Shown: positions 20,253 through 30,763 of the stretch, piece after piece | Layout: each line of letters begins with the position of its first letter | How positions within the stretch are numbered: the stretch's first letter is position 1 | Assembly: GCA_913043225.1 (NCBI GenBank) | Contig: CAJWLU010000007.1 | Span: forward strand, 1-64,000 | Length of the DNA stretch: 64,000 nucleotides | DNA from: an uncultured Acidobacteriota bacterium | GTDB lineage: Bacteria; Acidobacteriota; Vicinamibacteria; Vicinamibacterales; UBA8438 | Direction of reading: 5' to 3' | Notes under the pieces: model-generated | The model's input: the letters and a program-made list of their open reading frames with translations, nothing else | What the model was told of the DNA's origin: nothing | Database searches by the model: none | Translations under genes and position numbers: made by a program

Positions 20253-22777
20253 AGACCGGCCCCGACGATGTCGAGCAGCAGATCCTGCGCGCGCTCGTAG
20301 GTGGGGGCGATCTCGAGCGCCGCCATCACCTCGCGCTTCGCGTCTTCTCCGCGACCAGCCGCCAGATAGACCTCGGCCAGTTGGACGTGCGCCGACACGC
20401 GGTCAATCGGCCCCAATGCCAGGGCCACCTCGAATTCCAGCGCCGCCACGGCGTGGTCTTCTCGCTCCACGGCCAGTCGTCCAAGTGCTTCGTGCGGGGT
20501 CGAGTCGAACGGGTCGATCTCGATGGCCAGCTCATAGGCCCGTCGCATACGCGCCTCATCCCCCGCGTCCTCGGCGAGCACCGCCAAGCGCCTCACCGCC
20601 TCGATGTCGCGGTGGTCGTGGTCGAGATGATTCTCCAGATGGCGCATCGCGCGATCGGGGTCCTTCTGCTCGAGCGCAATGTTTGCGAGCGGCAGATGCG
20701 CGCTGCTGGTGCCGGTGGCCATGGGGGCCAGCTCTGCGGCCCGCTCGTAGGCCCGGCGGGCTTCGTCGGTCTCTCCGGCCTGCCGCAGCGCGCGGCCGAG
20801 GGCCATCTGCACCGGGAAGCTGTCGGGGTACTCCATCACCAGCTCACGCAACCGCCCGAGCGCGTCGCCCTCCTGCGGCATAGGCTCGTCCGGGCCCTCG
20901 AGGGCTCGTTGCAGGTCACCGAACCGCGCCTCGACCGCCACGTCGAATGAAGCCTGCAACGTGTCGAAGTCGAGGTTCACCCGCGTCAGGGCTTCCTCGG
21001 TGTCCAGCCCGTCGCCATAGGCATGCAGCAGCTGGTGGATCGTCGACTCCCCGTATTCGTCGACGATGTGCTCCACCAGCACCGAGGCCTGGAAGTAGGC
21101 CATCGAGATGGTCTCTGGGCGCGAGAATCCGCCGTTAAGATCACGAAGCGAGAGCACCTCGTCCTCGTTGAGCTGGGTGGCAAAGCCGAGATCCTGATCC
21201 CGCGCCCAATCGGGCCGGTGGCGCTTCTCTTCGAAGGTGGATAGCCCTTCGGTCAGCCAGCGTGGTACCCGCTGGTTCGACATCTGCAACGTGATGACGT
21301 GCGCGATCTCGTGCCAGAGGGTCGCCTGCCAGTTGAACTCGCCCGGTGTCCGCGCACGCGGCGAGTCCATGGTGACCACCTTGCCGAAACAGGCGCCGAG
21401 GGCACCGATCATCCCGGGCAGTCCGAGGTTCCGCACCGCGAAGTCATCGTGCTTGGGAAAGAACTCGACCAGGATCGGTCCCTCTGGGCGGAACTCGTAG
21501 TGGTCGGACAGCTCGTCGATCGCCTGCTGGGTCAGGGACATCACGTAGTCCTTGAGCACCGGGGCCTCGTCGGGATGCAGGCGAAGGATGACGTCCCCCT
21601 CCACGAACGTCTCGAACTCGTCGAGCGAATCCAGCATGCTGAGCAGGTTGAACGTGATGACGTCGAACGGGTCGTCTTCGAACGAGCGTTCGAGCGCGGC
21701 CCGCGCCGCCGGTTCTTCCCCGGTACGCAGCAGATGCATGCCCAGCTCGGCGTAGCTGCGGGTGTTGTTCGGGTCGATCTCGAGACCACGGCGCACCAGC
21801 GCGACGGCCTCCTCGAAGCGGTAGTTCCGGGCCGTCAGATTGCCAGCCACACGGAAGACCTCGCCATAGGTGGGGTTGATCTCCAGTACCCTGGCGACTT
21901 CCGCCTCGAAGTCGTCGAGGCGATCTTCGACGTAGGCGACGGCGGCCACCAGCGAGCGCGCTTCTAGACTGTTCGGATTGATCTCGAGCGCCCGCTCAAG
22001 TGATCCCTCGGCCGCATCATGGTCGCGATCGTCCAGATCACCCTGGGCGAGAAACAGGTGTGCGTCGAGGTAGTCTGGATTGATCTGGAGCGCCTGCTCG
22101 GCCGCCTCACGGGCCGACGGCGGATTCGTGTCCGCCAGCGCGCGGGCCATCCCCAGCAACGCCGGCGCCCACTCGCCGTCGAGGTTCAGCGCATCGGTGA
22201 ACGACTGCGACGCCTCGAGCTGGTCATACTTCTCGCCGAAGAGCTCACCCCAGAAGGTCTGGATCGCCGGGTCGTCGGCCGCCTCCTGTGTCGCCAGCCG
22301 CAACAGGTTGTTCGCCAGCCGGTGCTCACCCAGCACGCGCGCGGCCTGCGCCGCGTAGTAGATGTGCACCGGGCTACGGGACCGCTGGAACTGGACCGCG
22401 ATCGTATTCAGTCGAGGTTCCGCTTCGGCCCGACGGCCCAGGTAGTGCTGCAACAGGGCCAGCTCGAGCCCGGCTGCGCTGACCGGGTTCGCCTCGGCGA
22501 CCGGTGTGAGCCGCGCTTCCGCCGCGTCGTAGTCGCCCGACAGGATATCGAGCCTGGCCAGCAGCGCCGCTGCGGCCGGATCGCTGGCTGGCCGCTCACT
22601 GGCCAGCGCCCGAGCGGCGTCATGGTCGCCGTGGGCCAGCGCCCGGGTCGCAGCCCGATAAAACTCCGTCTCCTGGGCCACAGACTGCGCCGCCCCGGCG
22701 GCAGGCAGCAGGAACACCAGACAGATCACACCGGCGGCCCATCGCGTCACGCCGCTCCTCCAGGTGTTGGCTCGCAT
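20249..22777 (-). CDS. Exported TPR protein with a central HExxH zinc-metallopeptidase-like (MA) domain
   Basis: Many TPRs (ALEINP etc.) flanking WHEIAH...PRWLTEGLSTFEE; signal peptide. Confidence 0.8.
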   Translation of the reverse strand: MRANTWRSGVTRWAAGVICLVFLLPAAGAAQSVAQETEFYRAATRALAHGDHDAARALASERPASDPAAAALLARLDILSGDYDAAEARLTPVAEANPVSAAGLELALLQHYLGRRAEAEPRLNTIAVQFQRSRSPVHIYYAAQAARVLGEHRLANNLLRLATQEAADDPAIQTFWGELFGEKYDQLEASQSFTDALNLDGEWAPALLGMARALADTNPPSAREAAEQALQINPDYLDAHLFLAQGDLDDRDHDAAEGSLERALEINPNSLEARSLVAAVAYVEDRLDDFEAEVARVLEINPTYGEVFRVAGNLTARNYRFEEAVALVRRGLEIDPNNTRSYAELGMHLLRTGEEPAARAALERSFEDDPFDVITFNLLSMLDSLDEFETFVEGDVILRLHPDEAPVLKDYVMSLTQQAIDELSDHYEFRPEGPILVEFFPKHDDFAVRNLGLPGMIGALGACFGKVVTMDSPRARTPGEFNWQATLWHEIAHVITLQMSNQRVPRWLTEGLSTFEEKRHRPDWARDQDLGFATQLNEDEVLSLRDLNGGFSRPETISMAYFQASVLVEHIVDEYGESTIHQLLHAYGDGLDTEEALTRVNLDFDTLQASFDVAVEARFGDLQRALEGPDEPMPQEGDALGRLRELVMEYPDSFPVQMALGRALRQAGETDEARRAYERAAELAPMATGTSSAHLPLANIALEQKDPDRAMRHLENHLDHDHRDIEAVRRLAVLAEDAGDEARMRRAYELAIEIDPFDSTPHEALGRLAVEREDHAVAALEFEVALALGPIDRVSAHVQLAEVYLAAGRGEDAKREVMAALEIAPTYERAQDLLLDIVGAGL

Positions 22778-22817
22778 CGGTTCGTCGATTATATCGGGCG
22801 CCGTCAGACCGCTTCCG

Positions 22818-23090
22818 CTAAAGAAACGCTACCGACTGATGAGAAGGAATCTCGAAACGCCGTCGACATCGTTCACAAGACAGCATGTCGTCCACTCTCA
22901 CCATGTAGTCGCGGAGCTTTCGGTACATCTCCCGGTCGTGGGCGTCGGAGCCGCGGGGTGGTTTGTCCTTCTTCAGCCGGCGAATCCACCGCACCTGGTA
23001 TTCCGCGCGATGACCACACCTGGGGCATGAGAAGGTCGCTGGCTTAAGCTCTTCCTTCTCGTTGAAGAAGTCGCGTTCATGGCGTGTCAT
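22818..23090 (-). CDS. Small Zn-binding hypothetical protein
   Basis: CPRC ... CERC pairs; TATGAT 6 nt upstream of the ATG. Confidence 0.7.
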   Translation of the reverse strand: MTRHERDFFNEKEELKPATFSCPRCGHRAEYQVRWIRRLKKDKPPRGSDAHDREMYRKLRDYMVRVDDMLSCERCRRRFEIPSHQSVAFL

Positions 23091-23126
23091 GGGAAGATCA
23101 TACCTTCCGCCGGCGGACCCGTTCTT

Positions 23127-24269
23127 ATGTCGAACTCCCCAACCGTCGTCTTCTATGTCTCTGGCCACGGCTACGGCCACGCCGTGCGACAGATCGAGAT
23201 CATGAACGCTCTGGCCGCACGCCGGCCGGATCTGAGGATCCAGGTCCGCTCCGACGCACCGCCTGGCCTCTTTCAGACGTCGCTACAGCCAGTCTGGCCG
23301 GTCCGCCCCGGTCCGACCGACACCGGGGTGGTGCAGATCGACAGCCTCCAGGTCGACGTCGAGGCCTCGGTGCGCGACGCCTGGACGTTCCATGCGGCGC
23401 TCGATCAGCGTGCGGATAAGGAGGTCGCGTGGCTCGCCGCTCAAGGCACCGTGCTAGTCGCCGCCGATATTCCCCCCCTGGCCTTTGCTGCCGCCAAGCG
23501 GCTCGGAGTGCCCTCGGTTGGGCTCGGCAACTTTACCTGGGACTGGATATACCGGCACTACGCACCCCGCGTAGCGCTCCCGCCGGAACTGGTGCCCTGC
23601 CTCGAGCGCACCTATGCGACCGCCACCGCGGCCTGGCGACTCGGAATGGCCACCGGGTTCGAGACATTCCCGCAGGTCCACGATGCCCCGCTCGTCGCCC
23701 GCCACGCGACCCACGCGGGTGCGGAGACGCGAGCGCTCCTCGGTCTTCCCGCCAACAGTCCCGTAATCCTGGTGTCATTTGGGCGCTACGGCCTGTCGGC
23801 CATTGACTGGTCGGCCGTGCGCCGGCAGGGGAAGTGGTCGGTCGTGGTCACCCGCGACGTGGTCGACACCGGGCCCCCAGTGCCGCCGACCACCGGTCCT
23901 GATGTGGTCTCAGTGATCGACCTGCCGACATTGTTCGCGCGCGGCTACCGCTATGCGGATCTGGTCGCGGCAGCAGACGTCGTCCTGACCAAGCCCGGTT
24001 ACGGCATCATCGCAGAGTGCGCGGCAAACCAGACTGCCCTGGTCTACACCTCCCGAGGAGACTTCGCTGAGTATCCGGTGCTCGTGGACGCCATGTCGAC
24101 CTTGCTGCCGAGCGCATATCTGGAGCAATCGGCGCTCTTTGGCGGTCAGTGGGGACCGACGATCGAACGCGTGTTGGGGGCACCGGGAGTGGCATCGCCG
24201 CGCACCGACGGTGCAGACGTCGTGGCGAAAGGGCTAGACGGACTGCTCAGGCGCCCTTCTCGCAGATGA
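23127..24269 (+). CDS. GT-B glycosyltransferase-like protein (L-arabinokinase N-terminal type)
   Basis: FYVSGHGYGHA, GNFTWDWIY, DLVAAADVVLTKPGYG. Confidence 0.8.
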   Translation: MSNSPTVVFYVSGHGYGHAVRQIEIMNALAARRPDLRIQVRSDAPPGLFQTSLQPVWPVRPGPTDTGVVQIDSLQVDVEASVRDAWTFHAALDQRADKEVAWLAAQGTVLVAADIPPLAFAAAKRLGVPSVGLGNFTWDWIYRHYAPRVALPPELVPCLERTYATATAAWRLGMATGFETFPQVHDAPLVARHATHAGAETRALLGLPANSPVILVSFGRYGLSAIDWSAVRRQGKWSVVVTRDVVDTGPPVPPTTGPDVVSVIDLPTLFARGYRYADLVAAADVVLTKPGYGIIAECAANQTALVYTSRGDFAEYPVLVDAMSTLLPSAYLEQSALFGGQWGPTIERVLGAPGVASPRTDGADVVAKGLDGLLRRPSRR

Positions 24270-24948
24270 CCAGCGAGAAGATCCGAGGGATGTTGACTTT
24301 CTCGATCGAGACCGGCTCCAGGCCGGCCTGAACGAGGAAAGCGGGCAGGTCGAGGTCGGCCTTGAAGCCCACGTGCACGGTTACCGGAGAGATGAACCGC
24401 TCGATCCGGGCGATACGGCGATTAGTGCTGAGAAAGTGGTTCAGAAAGACAAACCTTCCGCCAGGCTTGGTGACCCGACGCATCTCGTGCACCGCCTTGA
24501 TCGGATCCGAGACAACGCTGATGGTGTAGGGCGCGTAAACAACGTCGAACGAATCGTCCGGGAACGACAGGTCCTCGGCATCCATCTGCTGGAGCCTGAC
24601 ATTCGTGACGCCCCGTCGCCCCAACCGCTTGGCTGCCTTCCGGAGCATGCGCATCGACAGGTCAATGCCCGTCACGTGGCAATGGTCTGGATAAAGTGAG
24701 GCATTGATGCCAGTGCCCACACCCACCTCGAGCACCTGATCGCCCGATCGAATGCCCAGCCGTCCGATCGACTCGAGCCGACCCGCATGCAAGGTAGGCC
24801 CGAACCACCAGTCGTACCAGAGAGACGCCTTCTCATAGACGTCCTCGACGAAAGGGGTTTCGATTTCCGTGACTGAGAGGATTCGTGTCGCCGCGTCGGA
24901 GCCCCCAAGCAGTTGCTTAGGGTCGCGCTCATCGAAGGGTACGGACAT
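24247..24948 (-). CDS. Class I SAM methyltransferase, phosphatidylethanolamine N-methyltransferase (PmtA)-like
   Basis: YD..FG, VLEVGVGTG, GIDLS, MDAEDLSFPDDSFD, SVVSDP, LNHF. Confidence 0.8.
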   Translation of the reverse strand: MSVPFDERDPKQLLGGSDAATRILSVTEIETPFVEDVYEKASLWYDWWFGPTLHAGRLESIGRLGIRSGDQVLEVGVGTGINASLYPDHCHVTGIDLSMRMLRKAAKRLGRRGVTNVRLQQMDAEDLSFPDDSFDVVYAPYTISVVSDPIKAVHEMRRVTKPGGRFVFLNHFLSTNRRIARIERFISPVTVHVGFKADLDLPAFLVQAGLEPVSIEKVNIPRIFSLVICEKGA

Positions 24949-25143
24949 GGGCTCGCGCTTGGCAGCGTGACGGCGCCGTGACTGGAAGCGTGAGGCGTAG
25001 GAGCCCGACCTCCGAGACGACAACCGCCAGACTATAGCTTGTCGAGGTCGCTTCGGCAAGAACACGTGGAGTGCAAGTTCAAGACCCTGGCGTCATCTCG
25101 GTCGTCGGCGGTCGACGCGGTGTCTAGATCTTGAAGCGCACCC

Positions 25144-26046
25144 TCAGGACGAAACGTCAGCCGAGATCTCGACCGTGCGGGGAGCCGCCAAGCCCGACAC
25201 GGCCTCGGCGATGCGCGCGATGTGCTCTGGCCCTGTCCCGCAGCATCCCCCGACGATGCCGACCCCCTCGGTGACAAATCGGCGAGCGTAAGAAGCGAGA
25301 AAGTCCGGGGACGATAGCGAGAGGCGACGTCCTTCGACCTCACGCGCAGCGCCCGCGTTGGGCTGGGCCGACAAGGGCACCGTGGTCGCGTCGGCCATCC
25401 GCTCGACCGACTCGAGCGTGGCCGAGGGACCTTCGCCGCAGTTGACCCCAACCACCGTCGCGCCGACCTCGGTCAGCAGACGAGCGCACTCCTCCGGGGT
25501 CAACCGGTCCTGAGTCAGCCCGTCGTCAGCGGTCGACACCTGGGCCACAATTGGGAGCGCTGAGCGGCGCCGAAGCGTCTCCACAGCCACTCGGAGTTCG
25601 GAGACCCGGGAGAAGGTCTCGAGCAACATCACATCGGCCCCAGCCTCGATCAGCACCGACGCCTGCTCGTCGAATACCTCGGCGGCGGTCTCGACCGACA
25701 CGCCTCTTTTCTCTCCAACCCGGACGCCGAGCGGCCCCATCGCCCCGGCCACGAACCGAGCTCCGGCCGCCCGCGCGAGCCGAACGCCGGCCCGGTTGAT
25801 GGCCACCAGTTCGTCGACCAGGTCGAAGCCAGCCAGCTTGACCCGGTTGGCACCGAAGGTGTTCGACTCGACGAAATTCGCTCCGGCCCGCACATAGGCG
25901 GCGTGCACCTCGGTCACCAGCTCTGGCTGCCGGAGGTTGAGCGCCTCGAAAGACTGGTTCACGAAGACGCCACGCGCATAGAGCACACTTCCCATAGCGC
26001 CGTCGCACACGAGGACCCGCTGGTTGAGTGCTGTGAGGAAGTCCAT
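25144..26046 (-). CDS. Homocysteine S-methyltransferase domain protein (no MetF domain)
   Basis: DGAMG, SNTFGAN, LETF, GVNC, PNAG, GGCCGT Zn ligands. Confidence 0.88.
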   Translation of the reverse strand: MDFLTALNQRVLVCDGAMGSVLYARGVFVNQSFEALNLRQPELVTEVHAAYVRAGANFVESNTFGANRVKLAGFDLVDELVAINRAGVRLARAAGARFVAGAMGPLGVRVGEKRGVSVETAAEVFDEQASVLIEAGADVMLLETFSRVSELRVAVETLRRRSALPIVAQVSTADDGLTQDRLTPEECARLLTEVGATVVGVNCGEGPSATLESVERMADATTVPLSAQPNAGAAREVEGRRLSLSSPDFLASYARRFVTEGVGIVGGCCGTGPEHIARIAEAVSGLAAPRTVEISADVSS

Positions 26047-26062
26047 TCTCGTAACTCGTTCA

Positions 26063-26070
26063 ATTATAAT
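26063..26070. promoter_or_regulatory. Overlapping bidirectional -10 boxes
   Basis: ATTATAAT gives TATAAT on both strands in a 30-bp divergent intergenic region. Confidence 0.6.
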
Positions 26071-26076
26071 ACCTTG

Positions 26077-27399
26077 GTGCTAGAGGAGGTTCGCCTACTG
26101 CCACCCGAGCAGGCGCTGCTCACGACCCTCGTCGTGAAGGTCGCCGTGGCGGCCACCCTGGCCACCATGCTCGTCCGTTTCGGGCAATTCCGGCGCATCT
26201 TGCTGACCGAGAAACGGGCCTGGCGCGAGCGTCTAACGTTCGCGTTCGCCTTCGGCATCCCGCTGAGCCTGGGCGTCTCGGCCCGCCTGCTCCTCAATTA
26301 CGACGCCGCTGACCTGTCGCTTGCTGGCTCCTACCTCGCCGGCCTGATCGCCGGTCCCTACGCAGGAGCAATCGTCGGCACCCTGGTGGGGCTGCCCGCA
26401 CTGACCGCCGGCGAGTGGATCGCCATCATCCTGTCGGTTGGCTGCGGGTTTGCCGGCGGAGGTCTCCGCGAGGTGGCTCCCAAAGAAGCGATCTGGCACA
26501 TCACGCCGCTGCTTGTCACCGCCCTGAAGAGAGACGTCTGGCCCCTGTTCGGCCGCTTCCGGATTGACTGGCAACTGACCCTGCTCGCTGCCCCTATCAG
26601 CCTGGAGCTGTTGCGTCAGGTACTGGGCTTCAGATACGGCATCCAGCGTCTCTTCTTCCTCGACTCAGGCACCGTCTGGTGGCTGGGCGGCCTCGTGGTC
26701 CTGACTTCGGTTCTCTCGGTGGCCGTCCCGATCAAGATCTGGAACACGGCCCGCATCGAGCATCGGCTCCAGGAACAGGAAAAGCTGCTGATGACAGCCC
26801 GCGTCGAGGCACTCGCGAGTCAGATCAACCCCCACTTCCTGTTCAACACCCTCACGTCAATTTCGTCACTGATCCGCTCACACCCCGAGACAGCGCGAAT
26901 GCTAATCGGCAAGCTATCAGGCCTGCTCCGTCGGTTGCTTCGCAGTCAGGACCACTTCGTGACTCTCCGCGAGGAGTTGGACTCGATCGACGAGTATCTG
27001 GACATCGAGACGGTGCGCTTCGGTCCAACCCTCCGGGTGGAGAAACGCATCGCCCCCGCCACCCTGGACCAGCTGGTGCCAAGCATGCTCCTACAGCCAT
27101 TGGTCGAGAACGCGATTAAGCACGGGATCTCGCGCAAGGTGGGCGGAGGGAAGATCACGATCTCGAGCGGCCGAGCTAATCAACACACGGTGATCGAGAT
27201 CATCGACGACGGGGTCGGCATGACGGTGGAGGACTCAACGCCGAGGGCGGGAGGTATCGGCCTGCGTAACGTGGACGAGCGGCTGCGCGTGATCTACGGC
27301 GAGAACTACCAGCTCAAGATGACGAGCACGCCGGGTGAGGGCACCTGCGCACGCATCGAGATCCCTGAGCTCGCGGTCCTTCAGCCGGTATCCGCCTGA
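26077..27399 (+). CDS. LytS/YehU-type membrane histidine kinase
   Basis: QINPHFLFNTL, LQPLVENAIKHG, DDGVG, GIGLRNV; N-terminal TMs; start uncertain. Confidence 0.92.
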   Translation: MLEEVRLLPPEQALLTTLVVKVAVAATLATMLVRFGQFRRILLTEKRAWRERLTFAFAFGIPLSLGVSARLLLNYDAADLSLAGSYLAGLIAGPYAGAIVGTLVGLPALTAGEWIAIILSVGCGFAGGGLREVAPKEAIWHITPLLVTALKRDVWPLFGRFRIDWQLTLLAAPISLELLRQVLGFRYGIQRLFFLDSGTVWWLGGLVVLTSVLSVAVPIKIWNTARIEHRLQEQEKLLMTARVEALASQINPHFLFNTLTSISSLIRSHPETARMLIGKLSGLLRRLLRSQDHFVTLREELDSIDEYLDIETVRFGPTLRVEKRIAPATLDQLVPSMLLQPLVENAIKHGISRKVGGGKITISSGRANQHTVIEIIDDGVGMTVEDSTPRAGGIGLRNVDERLRVIYGENYQLKMTSTPGEGTCARIEIPELAVLQPVSA

Positions 27400-27408
27400 A
27401 CCTTCATC

Positions 27409-28194
27409 ATGCCATTGCGAATCCTGATCGCAGACGACGAGGCACCAGCCCGAAACGAGCTCTGTTTTCAGCTAGAACGACTGAACGATGTCGAGATCGT
27501 AGGCCAGGCGGCAGACGGACCGCAGGCGGTCGAGCTGGCCACCCAGCATGCGCCAGATCTCTTGTTTCTCGATATTCAGATGCCCGGCCTGACCGGTTTC
27601 GATGCCGCCAGACAGCTGCTCGACCGCGAGGTGGACAGCCACATTGTCTTCGTGACCGCGTTCGACCAGTACGCGATCGAGGCCTTCGAGGTCTGCGCGG
27701 TCGACTACTTGCTGAAACCGGTGGAGCCGACGCGCCTGGCCCAGACGATCCAACGTGTCCGGCGACTTGTCGACATCGGCGGTAAAGAGACGCATAGCGG
27801 CCCGGCAGACAAAGAGCTCGAACGTATCGTCCAATATGTTGCGGAGCGACAAAGCCGGCGAGACCGACTGGCGGTCAAAGTCGACGAGCGCTACCTCCTA
27901 GTACAAGCTGAGGACATCGTCTATGCGTCACTCGCCGACGAAGTCATCACGGTGGTCACCGCCGCCGTGCGAGGCACCTCGAACTATCGGACCCTGGATG
28001 AGCTACACTCGCATCTTGACCCGGCGGTGTTCTGGCGTGTGCATCGCTCACACATCGTGAACATCAACAAGATCAAGGAGATAGTCCCCTGGTTCAGCAG
28101 GAATTACATCCTGAGGATGAAGGACGGGAAGGACACCGAAATCCCGGTGAGCCGGAATCAGACCAAACGACTCCGGGAGTACCTGAGTCTGTAA
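27409..28194 (+). CDS. LytTR family response regulator
   Basis: ADDE, FLDIQMP, VTAF, DYLLKP, FWRVHRSHIVN, IPVSR. Confidence 0.95.
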   Translation: MPLRILIADDEAPARNELCFQLERLNDVEIVGQAADGPQAVELATQHAPDLLFLDIQMPGLTGFDAARQLLDREVDSHIVFVTAFDQYAIEAFEVCAVDYLLKPVEPTRLAQTIQRVRRLVDIGGKETHSGPADKELERIVQYVAERQSRRDRLAVKVDERYLLVQAEDIVYASLADEVITVVTAAVRGTSNYRTLDELHSHLDPAVFWRVHRSHIVNINKIKEIVPWFSRNYILRMKDGKDTEIPVSRNQTKRLREYLSL

Positions 28195-28247
28195 GCGAGC
28201 CGGCGGAGAACGAGCCGTCCGTCGACCCTACGGTTCCGGCCCCTCCG

Positions 28248-28901
28248 GTGGCGTCAGCCACTCCAGCCGGCATGCTACCAGCCACGCCCGAGCCAGAACA
28301 CACCGACGCGCCCCAGCCGTACCTGCTGTCGCCCAGCCAAGCCTACGAGTTGGAGCGGCGCTCGGAGCGATCCGCCCTGATCACCAGAATCGGTGAGGAG
28401 ATTGTCGCCTGGCTCAAGACGTTTGCCTCGGCCGCCGTCTACGCCACCCTGATCGTGACCTTCGGTTTCCAGGTGGCGCGCGTCGAGGGCAAGAGCATGG
28501 AGCCCACCCTCGCCGATCAGGACCGCCTGATCGTTAACAAGGCGCTCTACCGGTTCTTCGATGTGCCCAAACCGGGCGACATCGTGATGCTCTACTATCC
28601 TCGCGACCCGGAAAAGTCGTTCGTCAAGCGCGTAATCGGGATGGAGGGGGACACGGTACGCATCGAAGATGGCCGCGTCTACGTCAACGAGGTACTACTG
28701 CCCGACGAGTATGTGCCAGCGGGCTACCGGAGCCATGAAAGCCATGGACCGGAGGTCGTGCAGGAAGCCCACTACTTCGTGATGGGCGACCACCGGAACA
28801 ACAGCTCGGACAGCCGTCACTGGGGCCAAGTGCCGGAGAAGTACGTGATCGGCAAGGTCCAGCTCCGCTGGTGGCCGCTGACCACCGCCACGCTGTTCTA
28901 G
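28248..28901 (+). CDS. lepB: Signal peptidase I
   Basis: SMEPTL, VKRVIG, MGDHRNNSSDSR; start uncertain. Confidence 0.92.
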   Translation: MASATPAGMLPATPEPEHTDAPQPYLLSPSQAYELERRSERSALITRIGEEIVAWLKTFASAAVYATLIVTFGFQVARVEGKSMEPTLADQDRLIVNKALYRFFDVPKPGDIVMLYYPRDPEKSFVKRVIGMEGDTVRIEDGRVYVNEVLLPDEYVPAGYRSHESHGPEVVQEAHYFVMGDHRNNSSDSRHWGQVPEKYVIGKVQLRWWPLTTATLF

Positions 28902-28918
28902 TCGCCGCCTTGCAGGGT

Positions 28919-30763
28919 CTACGCCAGAGAGCCAGAATCCGCATCCTCTGGATGCATCGGCTGGTAAATATCCTCGATCACTGACTTCCAGCGCTCCTCG
29001 ACCACCCTACGCTTGACCTTGAGCGTAGGCGTTAGCTCACCTCCAGCCACCGAGAATTCGCCTGGCAACAGCGCGAACTGCTTGACCTGCTCGTAGCTGG
29101 CCAGCTCCCGGTTGGCCTCCTCCACGACCGGCGCGAAGAGAGCTCGCACGTCCGGACGGCCCACGAGCCCGTTGGGCTCGCCAGCCTCGATTCCTCCGAC
29201 CTTGAGCCGCTGGGCCAGCGCCGGAAAGTCCGGCACCAGGAGCGCCGCCACAAAGCGGCGGCGCTCCCCGACGAGCATCGCCTCGGCCACGATGGGGTCC
29301 CGCTTCAGGAGAGCCTCGATCGGCTGCGGAGCGACGTTCTTTCCGCCGGCCGTGACGATCAGCTCCTTCTTTCGATCGGTAATCGACAGGTAGCCGTCGT
29401 CATCGAGCTTCCCGATGTCGCCGGTGTGGAACCAACCATCGCGGATGACGCCGGCTGTTGCCTCCGGGTTCTCGTAGTAGCCCAACATCAGGTTGGGCCC
29501 TCGCGCCAAGATCTCGCCGTCGTCGGCAATCCGCAGTTCGACGCTCGGCAGCACTAGTCCCACGGTGCCGAGGCGTGCCCGGCCGAACGGGTTGGCCGTG
29601 AGCACCGGTGCGGTCTCCGTCAGGCCATAGCCTTCGAGCACCGGGATCCCGGTCGCATACAGAAACTCGGCCACCTCTCGACTGAGCGGTGCGCCGCCTG
29701 AGACCACGAACCGCAGCCGTCCGCCAGTCCGATCCCGGATCTTGGACAGCACCAGACGATCGGCCAGCCTCAGCTGGACGCTGGTCAGTGCTCCGGGTTC
29801 GCCTCCTCCCAGCCGTGCGGTGGCGGCCGCATGCCCAACCCCGAGTGCCCAGGCAAAGAGCGCTTGGCGCACCCGCGGAGCGCCGGCAACCGCCTCAAGA
29901 ATCCGGGCGCGGATCTTCTCATACGCCCGCGGCACTCCGGTCATGACCGTGGGCTGGATCCGCTGCATGTCGCGACCCAGGGTGTCGATGGCTTCGGCAA
30001 AGGCGATGCTCGCGCCCTTGTAGAGATACAGATAGATGACCGCCCGCTCGAGAACGTGGCTCATCGGCAGAAACGACAACGCGGAGTCACCATCGTTGAT
30101 GTCGAGGACATGGTCGACATCCACGATGTTGGACAGGAAGTTGCGATGGGACAGCATCACGCCCTTGGGCTGACCTGTCGTACCCGAGGTGTAGATAATG
30201 GTCGCTAGCGCATCAGGCTCTACCGCCTGGGTCCGCTCCTTGAACTTACGCCCCAGACCGTTCTCGGCCAGCAGACGGCGATGCCCGACGTCGACCACGC
30301 CGGCATAAGTCTGCTCTCCGTCCCCTGGTCCACCCTCCTCGACATCAATCACGACCACATGCTCGAGATCGGGCAGGCGATGCCGCTCCTCCCTTACTTT
30401 AGCGGCCTGTGACTCATCAGCCACGACCACGACTTTCGCTCCCGCGTGCGCCAGAATGTAGCCCACCTGGCTCGGCGGCAGCGTGGCGTAGACCGGAACC
30501 GAGACGCCAGCGGCGGTCAAGGTTCCCAAGTCGGCGACCATCCACTCCGGCCGACTATCGGAGAGAATCGCCACCCGGTCGCCCGCCCCGACCCCGAGCG
30601 CTTCGAGCCCGAGACTGAAGTCCCGCACCTCGTCGAAGAGCTCGCGGCTGGACCGCACGAGGACGGTGTCGCCCACCGACCGCCGGACATAAGCGTCTCT
30701 CGGGAACTTGCCGGCCACATGGGCCGGCAGCTCGGCCAGCGACTTCAAGACCGGCGCCATCAT
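28919..30763 (-). CDS. fadD: Long-chain fatty acid-CoA ligase
   Basis: YTSGTTGQPKG, EGYGLTET, FHTGDIG, DRKK, TPTLK. Confidence 0.9.
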   Translation of the reverse strand: MMAPVLKSLAELPAHVAGKFPRDAYVRRSVGDTVLVRSSRELFDEVRDFSLGLEALGVGAGDRVAILSDSRPEWMVADLGTLTAAGVSVPVYATLPPSQVGYILAHAGAKVVVVADESQAAKVREERHRLPDLEHVVVIDVEEGGPGDGEQTYAGVVDVGHRRLLAENGLGRKFKERTQAVEPDALATIIYTSGTTGQPKGVMLSHRNFLSNIVDVDHVLDINDGDSALSFLPMSHVLERAVIYLYLYKGASIAFAEAIDTLGRDMQRIQPTVMTGVPRAYEKIRARILEAVAGAPRVRQALFAWALGVGHAAATARLGGGEPGALTSVQLRLADRLVLSKIRDRTGGRLRFVVSGGAPLSREVAEFLYATGIPVLEGYGLTETAPVLTANPFGRARLGTVGLVLPSVELRIADDGEILARGPNLMLGYYENPEATAGVIRDGWFHTGDIGKLDDDGYLSITDRKKELIVTAGGKNVAPQPIEALLKRDPIVAEAMLVGERRRFVAALLVPDFPALAQRLKVGGIEAGEPNGLVGRPDVRALFAPVVEEANRELASYEQVKQFALLPGEFSVAGGELTPTLKVKRRVVEERWKSVIEDIYQPMHPEDADSGSLA

